Positions 26,365 through 39,255 of a stretch of 64,000 bases of DNA are shown here, piece by piece. The translations under genes were made by a program, and so were the position numbers. Numbering within the stretch: position 1 is the first letter of the stretch; the number at the start of each line of letters is the position of its first letter. Source of the stretch: Octopus vulgaris (lineage: Eukaryota); assembly GCA_951406725.2 (NCBI GenBank), contig OX597820.1, forward strand, positions 22,196,001 to 22,260,000. The letters run 5' to 3'. Under the pieces are notes generated by a model. That model made no database searches, was not told the origin of the DNA, and saw nothing but the letters and a program-made list of their open reading frames with translations.

Positions 26365-26788
26365 TTTTACTCTTTTTTTTTACTCTTTTACTTGTTTCAG
26401 TCATTTGACTGCGGCCATGCTGGAGCACCGCCTTCAGTCGAGCAAATCGACCCCGGGACTTATTCTTTGTAATCCCAGTACTTATTCTATCGGTCTCTTT
26501 TGCCGAACCGCTAAGTTACGGGGACGTAAACACACACCAGCATCGGTTGTCAAGCAATGCTAGGGGGACAAACACAGACACACAAACACACACACACACA
26601 CATATATATATACATATACATATATACGACAGGCTTCTTTCAGTTTCCGTCTACCAAATCCACTCACAAGGCATTGGTCGGCCCGGGGCTATAGCAGAAG
26701 ACACTTGCCCAAGATGCCACGCAGTGGGACTGAACCCGGAACCATGTGGTTGGTAGACAAGCTACTTACCACACAGCCACTCCTGCGT
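26365..26788 (-). mobile_element. SINE family A
   Basis: Full match to consensus. Confidence 0.85.
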
Positions 26789-27177
26789 TTACTATATCAT
26801 TGCAAATGTTCAAGTAAACATCACTTCCACTTTGAAACCAATTTTTTTTTTTATCCTTATGAAAACTTTACGTTCTTCTATGTAGTTATTAGATTTTTGT
26901 CTTAATGTATTCAAAGGGGATGTTGTCTTTATGGCTTGACGCCATCTTGCTTTGAGCGTAAACACAAATGAAATTATTTTTAAAATTCTGTAATATTACA
27001 AGTCTTGTTTTTCATTCGATATGTGGGTGGAGGGTGGAGGGTGGAGCGACGACCGTAATATTCTAGATGTATTCTCTGATGAAAATATTTAAAACTTAAT
27101 GAGTTTTTCTTCAGTTATTGGTAAATATCCAAATTCTGCAGAGCGATAAGTCGGCAAACAGCAACACCAATAAAAAT

Positions 27178-27495
27178 CCTTTCTACTAAAGGCACAAGGC
27201 CTGAAATTTTGTGGGAGGGGACTAGTCAATTACATCGACCCCAGTGTTTCACTGGTACTAAATTTATCGACTCTGAAAGGATGAAAGGCTAAGTCGACCT
27301 CGGCGGAATTTGAACTCGTCTGCCGTTACGGTCTGAGTTCAAATTCTGCCGAAGTCGACTTTGCCTTTCATCCTTTCGGGGTCGATAAATTAAGTACCAG
27401 TTACGCACTGGGGTCGATGTAATCGACTTAATCCGTTTGTCTGTCCTTGTTTGTCCCTTCTGTGTTTAGCCCCTTGTGGGTAGTAAAGAAATAGG
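27178..27495. mobile_element. Head-to-head fusion of two Meta-type SINE fragments (hairpin)
   Basis: Minus copy 27178-27317 abuts plus copy 27317-27495; inverted arms about 90 bp. Confidence 0.75.
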
Positions 27496-27509
27496 TGTAT
27501 TTGTGATTA

Positions 27510-27757
27510 GGTGGAGGCGCAGTGGCCCAGTGGTTAGGGCAGCGGAGTTGCGGTCGTAGGATCGCGGTTTCGATTCCCAGACCGGGCGTTGTGAGTGTCT
27601 AAAAAGCTCCACGAACTCCGGTAGGGGGTGGGGGTGATACCTGCTGTACTCTTTCGCCACAACTTTCTCTCACTCATTTGAAGGCTAAAACAATGCGAAG
27701 CGCATTGTGACCAGCGATGTGTAGCAATATCTGATGGCCTGGTCGGTCACGGTGATA
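27510..27757 (+). mobile_element. SINE family C with tail 3
   Basis: Same tail as the 21250 and 21572 copies. Confidence 0.8.
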
Positions 27758-27859
27758 TATGCGATTAGATCGAATTATCGTCTCCGTTGTACTATTGACA
27801 AGGCCTTTACTCGAACGCAGAATGATGAAAGATAAAGTTGGCTCAACAACAGAACTCAT

Positions 27860-28222
27860 AATAATGAACCACCTTGATCTCATTCTCGCCCACAACATCA
27901 TAAGCGGAAAGTGTAACCTCTCGAAAGAGCTGTTCTTCACTCCTGCTCCAGAGCGTCGGCTGCGGATCATTCCGAAAAGCTCTACCTGCGACGATTTCAT
28001 CTCAATCGAAGGAGAGGAGCTTTCTCCGTCCGGGTAGCGGATCCGTGGAACAAGCTGCCAGACGAGATGGTGAAGATGCCGACGACCGCTTTGTTCAAAG
28101 CCTCCCTTGACCTCAAGTGGCCTGAACTCTTTACATGAACACCACCCTGTACTTAACTCCATGTCCCCCTACATGGCCTTGCTATTTGATTTTGAGCCAA
28201 ATTAACTAACTAACTAACTAAC
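27860..28222 (+). mobile_element. CR1-group LINE 3' end with (CTAA)n tail
   Basis: DLILAHNIISG..FFT..RLR..RRGAFSVRVADPWNKLPDEMV..FKASLD; tail AACTAACTAACTAA. Confidence 0.8.
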
Positions 28223-28529
28223 CTTACTTGTAGCGAACCCAGTAGTTTATCAAAAGGTTTGGTAAAAAGCGAGTGACATACAACTGAATAGCAGGACAAT
28301 GGGGTGACAGCCGATTAAATGTCAACCAAATGGGCGAAAGCCAATCATAGCATCGATTTTCTTCTCTATATCATTCAGATTCCAAGGCAAGCCTATCCCT
28401 ATGAGAGGTCTCCGAAAAAATTCGAAAGATTTTATAGGCAATTTCTGCTACTTCCAAGACACGATCCCACCAACTTGGTGTTTGAGGACGAGTGTATTAC
28501 CACTGAGTCATGCTTCCGACTGCAGAATC

Positions 28530-28965
28530 CAGGGCGTATATTTTAAAATGATATTTAAGTCAAAACTCTGGAAAGGATACAAATCATATTTTTCTTCAGT
28601 TGAGTGCTCATGTCACAATAACTACAAGATTAAAACTTATGCTGCCGAGACAATAAAAACATATATCGGTCTGGTCGCAAATATCTTCAGGGTCCACTTC
28701 ATACAATACATTTGGTTTCAATGGTAGCGAACAACAAGTCTACCTCACTTTCAAAAATCATTTGGAACCTGAAGGTTCGCGTCGTCACGAAACCAATTAT
28801 CTGATGGAGAGTTGCTGTAAGAGTAAAACAGTACAGTGGGCGAGGTAGGGTATGCAGTCTGTGCACCATGGAAATGCTGACGATGTTAAGTTTACAAACA
28901 GACATCCTTAACAAAGGGAAAGAAACATTTCTACTTGTCTGTGCACAAAACCCTTCAAAGTACAA
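28530..28965 (+). pseudogene. Degenerate Penelope-like GIY-YIG endonuclease remnant
   Basis: Pieced across frames: YKIKT..KTYIGL..STSLSKIIWNLK..WRV..Y..VCSLCTMEM..ILNKGKE..C. Confidence 0.6.
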
Positions 28966-30425
28966 GCCTTCAGGAACATCCATGTTCCGACCAAACACCA
29001 AATTCAATCCAACTAAATCACTTCTCCGCTTGATCCACTCCATCCTTTTTCCCTGTCGCCAATCTCTCGCTACATACAACCATTTACATCGCTGCATCAT
29101 TTATAACTTCAGAAAACCGGCCGAGAGCAGTTTACAAAATCACGCACTACTACACTAAATACACAAAACACGATTGTAGGCATCAGTTAATGTTACATAT
29201 CATCGAAGATAAGCCACAGAATTTCCCTGCACAAGGGATGCTTGTCAAAACCTATTAATATCCAGTCTCCCAATTCTGACAAAGGTTAAACACAGCCCTC
29301 GAACAATAAAAATATAAAAAAACAAAAGGGAAAAAAGAACACACTGCTACGGGATATGGCGCCGCAAAAGCGTACACTGTACATTCCACCTACGAAAAGA
29401 TGTCGTGCATACCTCGGCAGTTAGCTCTTGGATGTTGTTCAGGCATTATTTGTGGTTGTTCACCCAGTGTCTATACTTAACTATTTATAGTTGCGTCCAA
29501 AGCAATGCGGTCATTATTATTTATTATTTAACTGGGCGTGCATGCGCATTTAATGTGTTGCAGTTATTACTACTCCACCCTGTCTACAGTTCTAAACATT
29601 TTGCAACTGTTTTGACATCTGTATTCATCGAAGGGGAAATGAAATTTCTATCCTTTTCATGAGTTAATTTCCGTAAAAAGAAAAACAAAACAGAACCAAA
29701 TATAAGTTGGAAGTTTTTATTTTATTTTTGTTTTGGTTTGTGAGCGCGTGTTTTAAGCCAGGAGATAAAAACATTTGAAAATTAAATGTAATAATACAAA
29801 ATAAGTTGAAGAGATTTGTGATGTATTTACGAAGGAGATATGATTTATTGTTGAAACGAAAATAAATTTAAATACTTTTTCAACGAAACATGTCTTCAAC
29901 CGTAATTTTGGCTAACCACTATATATTTTGGCGAGCAGTAGTTTAACTAATACTACTGACGAAATGTTACCAAATCTGTTCCACTGGCAGGAAACCCAGA
30001 GTATCGGTTGTGGTACACTAAATGGATGCACATAATATACGTGTGTATGTGTGTCTGCCTGTCTATCTGTTTGCCTGTCTGTATGAGTGTGTGTAAATGT
30101 GTATGGGTGTATGTGCATTTGCGTGTGTACACGTTTGGTGGTATAAACAAGAGAAACAAAAACTCAATAAACAAACAGAATTAAACTTCATAGCTAATGA
30201 GTACTCAATGATCGTTGGACAGTTTTATGTTATTTATTATAAACTGAAAACCTCACTGGCTGTTATCCAGAGTTTCATGTTTCCGATCTTCGGACGATAG
30301 GAAATGAAAGATTCAACGTAGTAGTTAGTAAAATTTATACATACATACATACATACATACATACATACATACATACAATCATACATACATACATACATAC
30401 ATACATACATACATACATACATACA

Positions 30426-30459
<34 letters not shown>

Positions 30460-30849
30460 CATGCATACATACATACATGCACACATGCATGCATACATGA
30501 CTTGTTTCATATTTTTAGACAGCAGCCATGCTGGGGCGCCGTCTTGAAGGGCTTTAATGGACCAAATTTTCTCCAGTACTAAAGTTGAGCTCTTATTTTA
30601 TTGCTCTCTTTTGTCAAACTGCTACATTACAGGAGCGCAGATATACAGACACTAGTTGTCAAGTGGTGAGAACAGAACGTAAACACAAAGATACACACAC
30701 ACAAACACACACACACATGCGCGCGCGCGCACACACACACACATACATACATACATACATACATACATACATACATACATACACACATACACACATACAC
30801 ACACACATACACATACATACATACATACATACATACATACATACATACA

Positions 30850-30910
<61 letters not shown>

Positions 30911-31323
30911 TTTCCTTTGCCTTTCATCCTTTCGGGGTGGATAAATTCAGTACCAGTTGCGTACTGGGTCGATTCAATCGACTGGCACCCTCCCCAAAAA
31001 TTTTTGGTCTTGTGCCTAGAGTATAGAAAGGAATACAAACAATTATACAAAAAAAATGCAGAGTTATTTCCCTTGGTTTATTTTATTTTCTAACTTTTTA
31101 TGACATCGCAAATTTAGGTAAGGAGAAACGGTTGATTATATCGACCTTGGCACCTGACTGATATCAATTTTATCGACCTCTTTCTTCGCAAGAATGATAA
31201 TTTAACTTGACCCCGACAGAATTTGAATTTCGAAAAATAATGAAATGTAACTAATTTCCGCAGAACTTTTTGCCGGTGATCTCCTAATTCTGTTATTCAC
31301 AGAATTATTATTGGTGATGAAAA

Positions 31324-31698
31324 TCTTTATATATAAAAGTCAAGTTGTGTGTTTGTCTCCTACGATTTAGATTCCTAACTACTCCCACATTTTGCGGTGC
31401 AGTTTAACCAAAACCGGGTATCTTATAGTCATGATTTATATCGAGCCCTTCTGGGTATTAGCGCGCGTCTACGATTTAAAAAACAATTTACCATCATTTT
31501 TTTCCATTTTGATGCATTTTTTCGTTATTTAATAAGGGAAGTAACTCTCTAAAAGTGTCTACGATGAGTCAACGATTTAAAAAAAAATTTACCATCATTT
31601 TTTTTCCATTTTTAATGCATTTTTTGGCTATAACTCTCTAAAAATGCTTTATAGTTATTTCCCTTACAAACCCGAACAACGCCGGGCGATACTGCTAG
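31324..31698 (+). mobile_element. Non-autonomous Helitron (375 bp) at an A|T site
   Basis: 5' TCTTTATATATAAAAG, 3' CCCGAACAACGCCGGG..CTAG followed by T; internal ~90-bp duplication; absent from the paralogous position near 46950. Confidence 0.85.
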
Positions 31699-32318
31699 TG
31701 ATTAATAAAACACGAAAAGGGCAACGTAAATTTTATGACAGCATCGGTTTCCTCGTCTCCGTTTTCCCCTACCTTATATAGCTGGCATGCATCTACCACC
31801 TTCTGTTCACCCACAGCTACATCAAGCTACACTCAACTTACACACCTACTTCTACCGCTTCCTTATATTTCTTACCATCACCACCACCACCACCACCAAC
31901 ATTATAGTCTTCCATATTTTCTTACTTTGGTCGCTCTTTCCTCGAATATCATCGCATTTCTCACCTCCTCCTCCTCCTTCCACTCCGTCTTCCTCTCTTC
32001 ATCCTTTTCCCCCACTCTTGAATTTCTTCCTCATTTTTCTTACCTATTTACTTCCCTTTTCCTTCCTAACATGCCTTTCACCCTCCCGCCCTCTCTCTCT
32101 CTAAAACTATTTCTTGTCTTACTTTCTCTCTCCTTTTCTCTTCTTCTACTTCTAATTTATATCGCTTGTTACTCTCTCCAATATCTCTCTTTCTTTCTCT
32201 CCTCCTCCTCCTCTCTTTCTCCTCCTTTCTCTTTTTCTGTCTATCCGTCTCCTATTATCTATCTATCTATCTACCTATCTTTCTATCTATATATCTATCT
32301 ATCTATCTATCTATCTAA

Positions 32319-32372
<54 letters not shown>

Positions 32373-32385
32373 ATCTATCTATCTT

Positions 32386-32417
<32 letters not shown>

Positions 32418-32483
32418 CCTATTTATCTGTCTATCTGTCTGTCTATCTATCCCACACACACACATCTTCTCTCTCTCTCACTC

Positions 32484-32548
<65 letters not shown>

Positions 32549-32818
32549 ATCCTTTCATCTCAATTCACCTTTCTTATGTCGTTATTACACCTTACTCAAT
32601 CATTATTTTTCTTTGCTTATTTTCATATATACTTCAGTTTTTATCGGTTGGGGCAGCGCCTTCCTACTTTTGATGCAGAAATATTTAATCTTGCCAGTAA
32701 TAAGTGGAAACTTATAGCTTGTTACTCTTGTCTATTTCAGCTACCACCCTGCAAGAATGCAAACCTGCAAACTCGCATACACATATCCAAATGCTCAAAC
32801 TGATATGTATACTTATAA

Positions 32819-32876
<58 letters not shown>

Positions 32877-32965
32877 GGATATATATAAATTTATACATAT
32901 GCATATATATATATTTATATATATATATATATATTTACATATTTATATATACATACACATATATA

Positions 32966-33018
<53 letters not shown>

Positions 33019-33125
33019 TTATGAGTACATATATTTATACAAATTCACAGAGATATGTTTCATGTAGCCAAGATAGTTGCTCTAATTAATGGCATATGTC
33101 ACGAAAATCTACATGAATCTCTGTA

Positions 33126-33203
<78 letters not shown>

Positions 33204-33207
<4 letters not shown>

Positions 33208-33363
33208 AAAAATACAGAATATACACACACATATGGACATACACACTCGCACGGACACACACACACACGCACGCACGCACGCATGCACACACACATGTAC
33301 ATGTATGTATGTATATATATATACACACACATGTATATGTAAGTATGTATATATATATATATG

Positions 33364-33401
<38 letters not shown>

Positions 33402-33510
33402 CACGTAATTATATATCAGGATTGCTAATCACAACTACTGGACCTACACTGTGTAAATAATACAACCCGAACAGACACGCGTGCATACACACATACACAC
33501 ACAGATATAG

Positions 33511-33541
<31 letters not shown>

Positions 33542-33551
33542 CTCACACATC

Positions 33552-33625
<74 letters not shown>

Positions 33626-34050
33626 ACAGATCGTGTGAGACAATGAAAAGAACGATAAACTAAAGTGACCCCATAGGCAAAGAATTGTATGACAGTTTAA
33701 TTTGATTCACTTTCGTTTCTGTAGCATAAACTATTTCTATGAGCAGCAAACTTTCGTTGCAAATTTTTCAAATTTTTCAAAACCAAATTTATGCGTACTT
33801 TGCCAGGAATCGATCACAGTAATTTTTTTACTGTGGACAGTTTGTTTGGTTGACGCTGTGGCGTAAAGGAATTACAAAAATACAGAATATACACACACAT
33901 ATGGACATACACACTCGCACGGACACACACACACACGCACGCACGCACACACACATGTACATGTATGTATGTATATATATATACACACACATGTATATGT
34001 AAGTATGTATATATATATATATGCGTTTGTGTGTGTGTGTGTGTGTGTGT
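33204..34050. repeat. Near-identical ~185-bp direct repeat (33204-33390 and 33872-34050)
   Basis: TTACAAAAATACAGAATATACAC..ATGCGTTTGTGTG occurs twice. Confidence 0.8.
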
Positions 34051-34192
34051 ATGTGTGTGTGTTTATATATGTATGTGTAAGATGCGTATGAATATACATA
34101 TAATGTGTGTGTAATTACATACACACACACATATATATACATATATACATACACATATATATGTATACATTCATATATATATATATATATGC

Positions 34193-34223
<31 letters not shown>

Positions 34224-34233
34224 TGTATGTATG

Positions 34234-34293
<60 letters not shown>

Positions 34294-34494
34294 TACACAC
34301 ACACATACACATACACACGGGCACAGATATAAATGGCTGGGTAGGTGTACGTATAGGTGTGGTACATCTGGCTGTATTATGGCGAGCAGTATTTATAGAT
34401 AACACGTAAATGCTGCTGTGTGTTCAACTCTGTACTTGAAAGTGTGCTTCGGTGTATGTATGACTGCATTTCACAACTGATCTCCAATTAAACC

Positions 34495-34613
<119 letters not shown>

Positions 34614-34943
34614 ATATTAATGTAGGATATAGCATATATAGCATATATAGTAAAATGAAATGAACTACGGTTGAAACATTCCTGTCACAACCTGGGACCT
34701 TGAAGACCTTGCTTAAATGCAAGAAAGTATACTAGTCCTTTAATATTTGATATTCAATATTTCATCTATTCAATAAGACAATCAATACTTTATTTCATTT
34801 TACCATGTATACTAAATATACTATATATACTATATATCTATATCCTACATTAATATTATAAGAATATAAATAGAACATGAAAAACAGACAGAGTTGGAAT
34901 TCCTTTGAATAATATATTCCTCTATATACAATCATACAAAGCC

Positions 34944-35029
<86 letters not shown>

Positions 35030-35298
35030 GTTATAAATTCTGATCGAACCACCGATTGTCGGAAAAGTTTCTGAAACCATTCTGAAACGCATACTGACTC
35101 GAAATCAAGTTATTTCATAAGCTTGTGTGCCTTGTGTGCCTTGTACCATTTTCGGTGAATTCCAGATAGTTGTAGAGTTGTTGCTGCGGCAGTCGAGAGG
35201 TGAAATGCGTAAATAAGTTAATCAATCTGTCTCAGTTCTTGCACATTTTATTTAAAGAAATGTTAGTGTAAAGAGCTAATAAGAATGGTTTGAGCCTT

Positions 35299-35346
<48 letters not shown>

Positions 35347-35907
35347 CGTTTTCGAAAATGTTTGTGTATTAATTTCCACATACTTTTCAGTTATTTCTAC
35401 ATAAAACGAAATAAACAAATAAAGTTAATACAGACGATAAGAACTGGTAGATTCTAAGTTTACTTCGAATAAAAATATTCGTTGAAGATATTTTTTTTCT
35501 CGTTATTAAAACTTTTTTTAAAAATTGGACGTTTATATATAGAAACCAAAAATGTTCTTCTTCATTTAAGAAATATTCATTATTGACAGTATTTTTTTTT
35601 TTCTGTTTTCTGTTCATATTTGCAAAACATGCGTAGCTGCTTATGAAAGTTCAAATATATAAACACTTTGAAAAGCAGGACAAACATGCATGTTTACATA
35701 TGTAAATACATACATAAATAAATAAATACCTGCATGCATGCACGCATTACTGTAATTTGTTGTAAGTTAATTATAATTATTTAACATTTAATTATAATTT
35801 AAACAAGCAACAAAAAAGTTCGAAATGTCTGGGCGGTAAAATTTCAGAATATAAACAAAATATTTTCGTAACTCACAGTATAATAAATAACTCCATACAC
35901 ACACACA

Positions 35908-35994
<87 letters not shown>

Positions 35995-36076
35995 CGAAAC
36001 ATTATCAACAGATTTTTTTCTACATATAATATAATGCAAACAACTGAATTAATTGTTTTTAATTAACTAAAATATC

Positions 36077-36135
<59 letters not shown>

Positions 36136-36531
36136 CAACAACAACAACAACAACAACAGCAACAGCAGCAACAACAGTAGACGTTCCAAATTTTGGGACA
36201 AGGCCAGTAAGTCTTTTTAGGGGAAAGATATTAGTCGATACCGTCGACCCCAGTACTTCCCTGGTACTTTATTTTATCGACCCTGTAAGGATGAAAGGCA
36301 AAGTCGACCTCGAAGGGGAGATACTTGAAATGTGGTGGATAACAAATAAGTTTTATAAGAAATAAAATTACAAACCAGTACAAGAATAGGTGTTTTCACA
36401 GTGTTAAGCGGCACCGAGAAGCCATAACATGAAATTTTTGCGGAAATAGTTTTTTATTTGTCTTTACGTTTTTATTCTTACAAAAGTTTGTTGTTGTCGT
36501 TGTTTTGTCATTTTTCTTCGTTTTCCCGGTT

Positions 36532-37047
36532 TTAATCAACCATTTGGTTGCAGGCCTCTTCTAAATCATCACACATAGTTTTATATTTCGCCTGTTCATC
36601 TCCGAGTTCTTTTGTAAGTTTGTCGATATCATTCTCAAGTTTTTCGACATTTCGTTCAGCCTCTAACGCCCTGCTTTCAGCTGATTGAAGCTTTGTAGAA
36701 TCATCCTCGGCTTGTACTCTTTTCTCTTCTAATAAACCTTCTGATCGGGAAAGATCCGATTCTAAAAGATTGATTTTACGGTTTAGATCTTGGGTCTCGC
36801 TCTCCGTCTCGGACAGTTTCTCTTCTGTATATCGTAATAAGTCCTGTGTTTTCTCCAACTGACCAGTTAATTCATCAAAATCTCTTTCTAAATTTCCATG
36901 CTTCTTCTGAAGCCACGCCAGTTCGTCATCAACTTTCTTTTTCTCTTCTTCCAACTGTTGGTATTTGTTCGAAATGTCTTCAGCTTTTTCCAAAGCGTTT
37001 ACTCGCTCCAGAATCAAAGCATTCATTTTTTTCTTGCACGCTTCCAT
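36532..37047 (-). CDS. Tpm: Short, intronless tropomyosin-like protein (171 aa; about 4 actin-binding periods)
   Basis: Uninterrupted ORF. N-terminus MEACKKKMNAL..ERVNALEKAE resembles canonical MDAIKKKM..; internal LQKKHGNLERDFD and LNRKINLLESDLSRSE; C-terminus AESRALEAERNVEKLE..KYKTMCDDLEEACNQM resembles the tropomyosin C-end. Continuous heptad pattern with no Pro; AAAC-ATG start context. Confidence 0.9.
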   Translation of the reverse strand: MEACKKKMNALILERVNALEKAEDISNKYQQLEEEKKKVDDELAWLQKKHGNLERDFDELTGQLEKTQDLLRYTEEKLSETESETQDLNRKINLLESDLSRSEGLLEEKRVQAEDDSTKLQSAESRALEAERNVEKLENDIDKLTKELGDEQAKYKTMCDDLEEACNQMVD

Positions 37048-37297
37048 GTTTACTTATATATTCTAATATAAGAGCCACGCGTTAACTTTCAAATCTAAAG
37101 TTAAGATATTCCGGTAATATATTCCAAAATATATATATATGATTTATTAAGCACAGTCGAAGTGCTTCTTTGACTCCGAGGAGAACAACTTAATGAATCT
37201 GTAACAGAGCCAGAAGTGGTTGTAACTGCTTGATCAACTAACGTTAGCTACTTCTGTGTATCACTAACGTATGAGAGTTACCTACCTTGATTTATAC
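37048..37297 (-). promoter_or_regulatory. Conserved 5' UTR/core promoter of the 171-aa tropomyosin
   Basis: Blocks shared with 50953-51207 (plus-strand text): CACGCGT, GCTTCTyTGACTCCGwGGAGAA, AACAGAGCCArAAGTGGTTGTAACTG, ATCAACTAACG, GAGAGTTACCTACCTT. Inr-like GCAGTT on the sense strand near 37227. Confidence 0.55.
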
Positions 37298-37522
37298 AAA
37301 TTCATCAATGTCATGATGAAATATATGAATGAACTATGGCGAGATATTTTTCCAGGATTTTTATCGCTTTCTTTGACTTGTTTGTGATTTTCCCATTCTA
37401 TATCGCTTTATCTCTGTAAATAGTTGTCGACACTAATAGTAATCCACGCCATATATATGCGTCTATGTGTAAATGCACATATGTGTGTGTGTGTGTGTGT
37501 GCATTGTGCAGGTATATATTTT

Positions 37523-37810
37523 TCTATAATATAAATTGAACATGGGCTATCGTTGTATTCTTTCTTGTCTTGAGGGTCACACCCAAACGGCTGGGTGGAT
37601 TTGTGTGGGAAATAACACACACGTGGAGACGGATGCATAGATTGGAATGTGGTTTGTACTTTTTTCCTAGCCCCCATAGTTACCGAAAAAATCTATTCAA
37701 GAGACCCGAAATGATAAGGTTGAGAAACGCTGTTATAGATTATACCTAACCGAAAACGATCCCACCCACATCATCCAAACAAACCGGGTGAAACCGGGCT
37801 TAGCTGCTAG
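37523..37810 (+). mobile_element. Probable non-autonomous Helitron upstream of tropomyosin 1
   Basis: TCTATAATATAAA start, CCGGGTGAAACCGGG hairpin-like motif plus CTAG|T end. Confidence 0.5.
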
Positions 37811-37838
37811 TATGTATATATATATATATATGTATGTG

Positions 37839-37902
<64 letters not shown>

Positions 37903-38072
37903 CTGTAATTATAAACATAATTATAATTAGGGGTCAGCTAATCGCTTCACAACATACCGAATTTAGAAATAGGAGTTAAAAATTCCTTTTCTACCTAACT
38001 CCTATTTCTAAATTCGGTATGCTGTGAAGCAATTAGCTGACCCCTAATTATAATCATGTTTATAATTATAGA
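37903..38072. repeat. Inverted repeat with ~76-bp arms and ~17-bp loop
   Basis: 37903-37978 is the reverse complement of 37996-38072 with a few mismatches. Confidence 0.85.
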
Positions 38073-38219
38073 ATATTTGTATAATAAAGGTTAGTTTAAC
38101 GTACCGATCTACTTGGTAAAATCATTAATTAATTAATTGATTAATTAATTTAATTAATTAATTTTACCCTTTTATTATTAATATACGTACATATATGTAT
38201 ATATATATATATATATATA

Positions 38220-38630
38220 CTCATTTACTCTTTTGCTTGTTTCAGTCATTTGACTGCGGCCATGCTGGAGCACCGCCTTTAGTCGAGCAACTCGACCCCG
38301 GGACTTATTCTTTGTAAGCTCAGTACTTATTCTATCGGTCTCTTTTTGCCGAACCGCTAAGTGACGGGGACATAAACACACCAGCATCGGTTGTCAAGCA
38401 ATGCTAGGGGGACAGACACAGACACACAAACATACACGCACACACACACATATATATATATATATATACATATATACGACGGGCTTCTTTCAGTTTCCCC
38501 CTACCAAATCCACTCATAAGGCTTTGGTCAGCCCGAGGCTATAGTAGAAGACGCTTGCCTAAAGTGCCACGCAGTGGGACTGAACCCGGAACCCTGTAGT
38601 TCGTAAGCAAGCTACTTACCACACAGCCAC
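38220..38630 (-). mobile_element. SINE family A
   Basis: Consensus match. Confidence 0.85.
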
Positions 38631-38663
38631 GTATGTATGTATGTATGTATGTATGTATGTATG

Positions 38664-38704
<41 letters not shown>

Positions 38705-38901
38705 GAATGGAACCTTAACCTCCATTATTCTTAGACGCAATGTATTATACTACTCGAGTAATAAATTATCTAAGGAATTTCAGTTTGTATAAATTGCTTC
38801 CTAAAAGGAAATCTATCCACTTGTATTGACCTCTGTTAACCGTTATTCAAAGGAGTGCTGCCCGGCAATACTGCCCAGATTTATAAATCCCATTTCATCT
38901 G

Positions 38902-38978
<77 letters not shown>

Positions 38979-39037
38979 CGTGTGTGTGTACGCGTGCATG
39001 GGAATGTATAAGTGTACGTATACGGGTGGGGGTATGC

Positions 39038-39107
<70 letters not shown>

Positions 39108-39222
39108 GTATGTATATACGTATATATGCACGCGCATCTATATATCTATCCATCTATATACATGCATATGTGTGTGTGCACACATATACATACATACATA
39201 CATACATACATACATACATACA

Positions 39223-39255
<33 letters not shown>

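Noticed and set aside
31735-32673. 312-aa His/Ser/Leu-rich ORF and its 87-aa paralogue at 46990
   Set aside because: It runs into pyrimidine microsatellites, the paralogue has an early stop, and it has no recognisable domain; only the DNA-level identity is reported.
37273-37289. AAG|GTAGGT as a conserved 5' UTR splice donor
   Set aside because: No matching conserved AG acceptor before the ATG in gene 2; treated as a promoter motif instead, though not excluded without transcripts.
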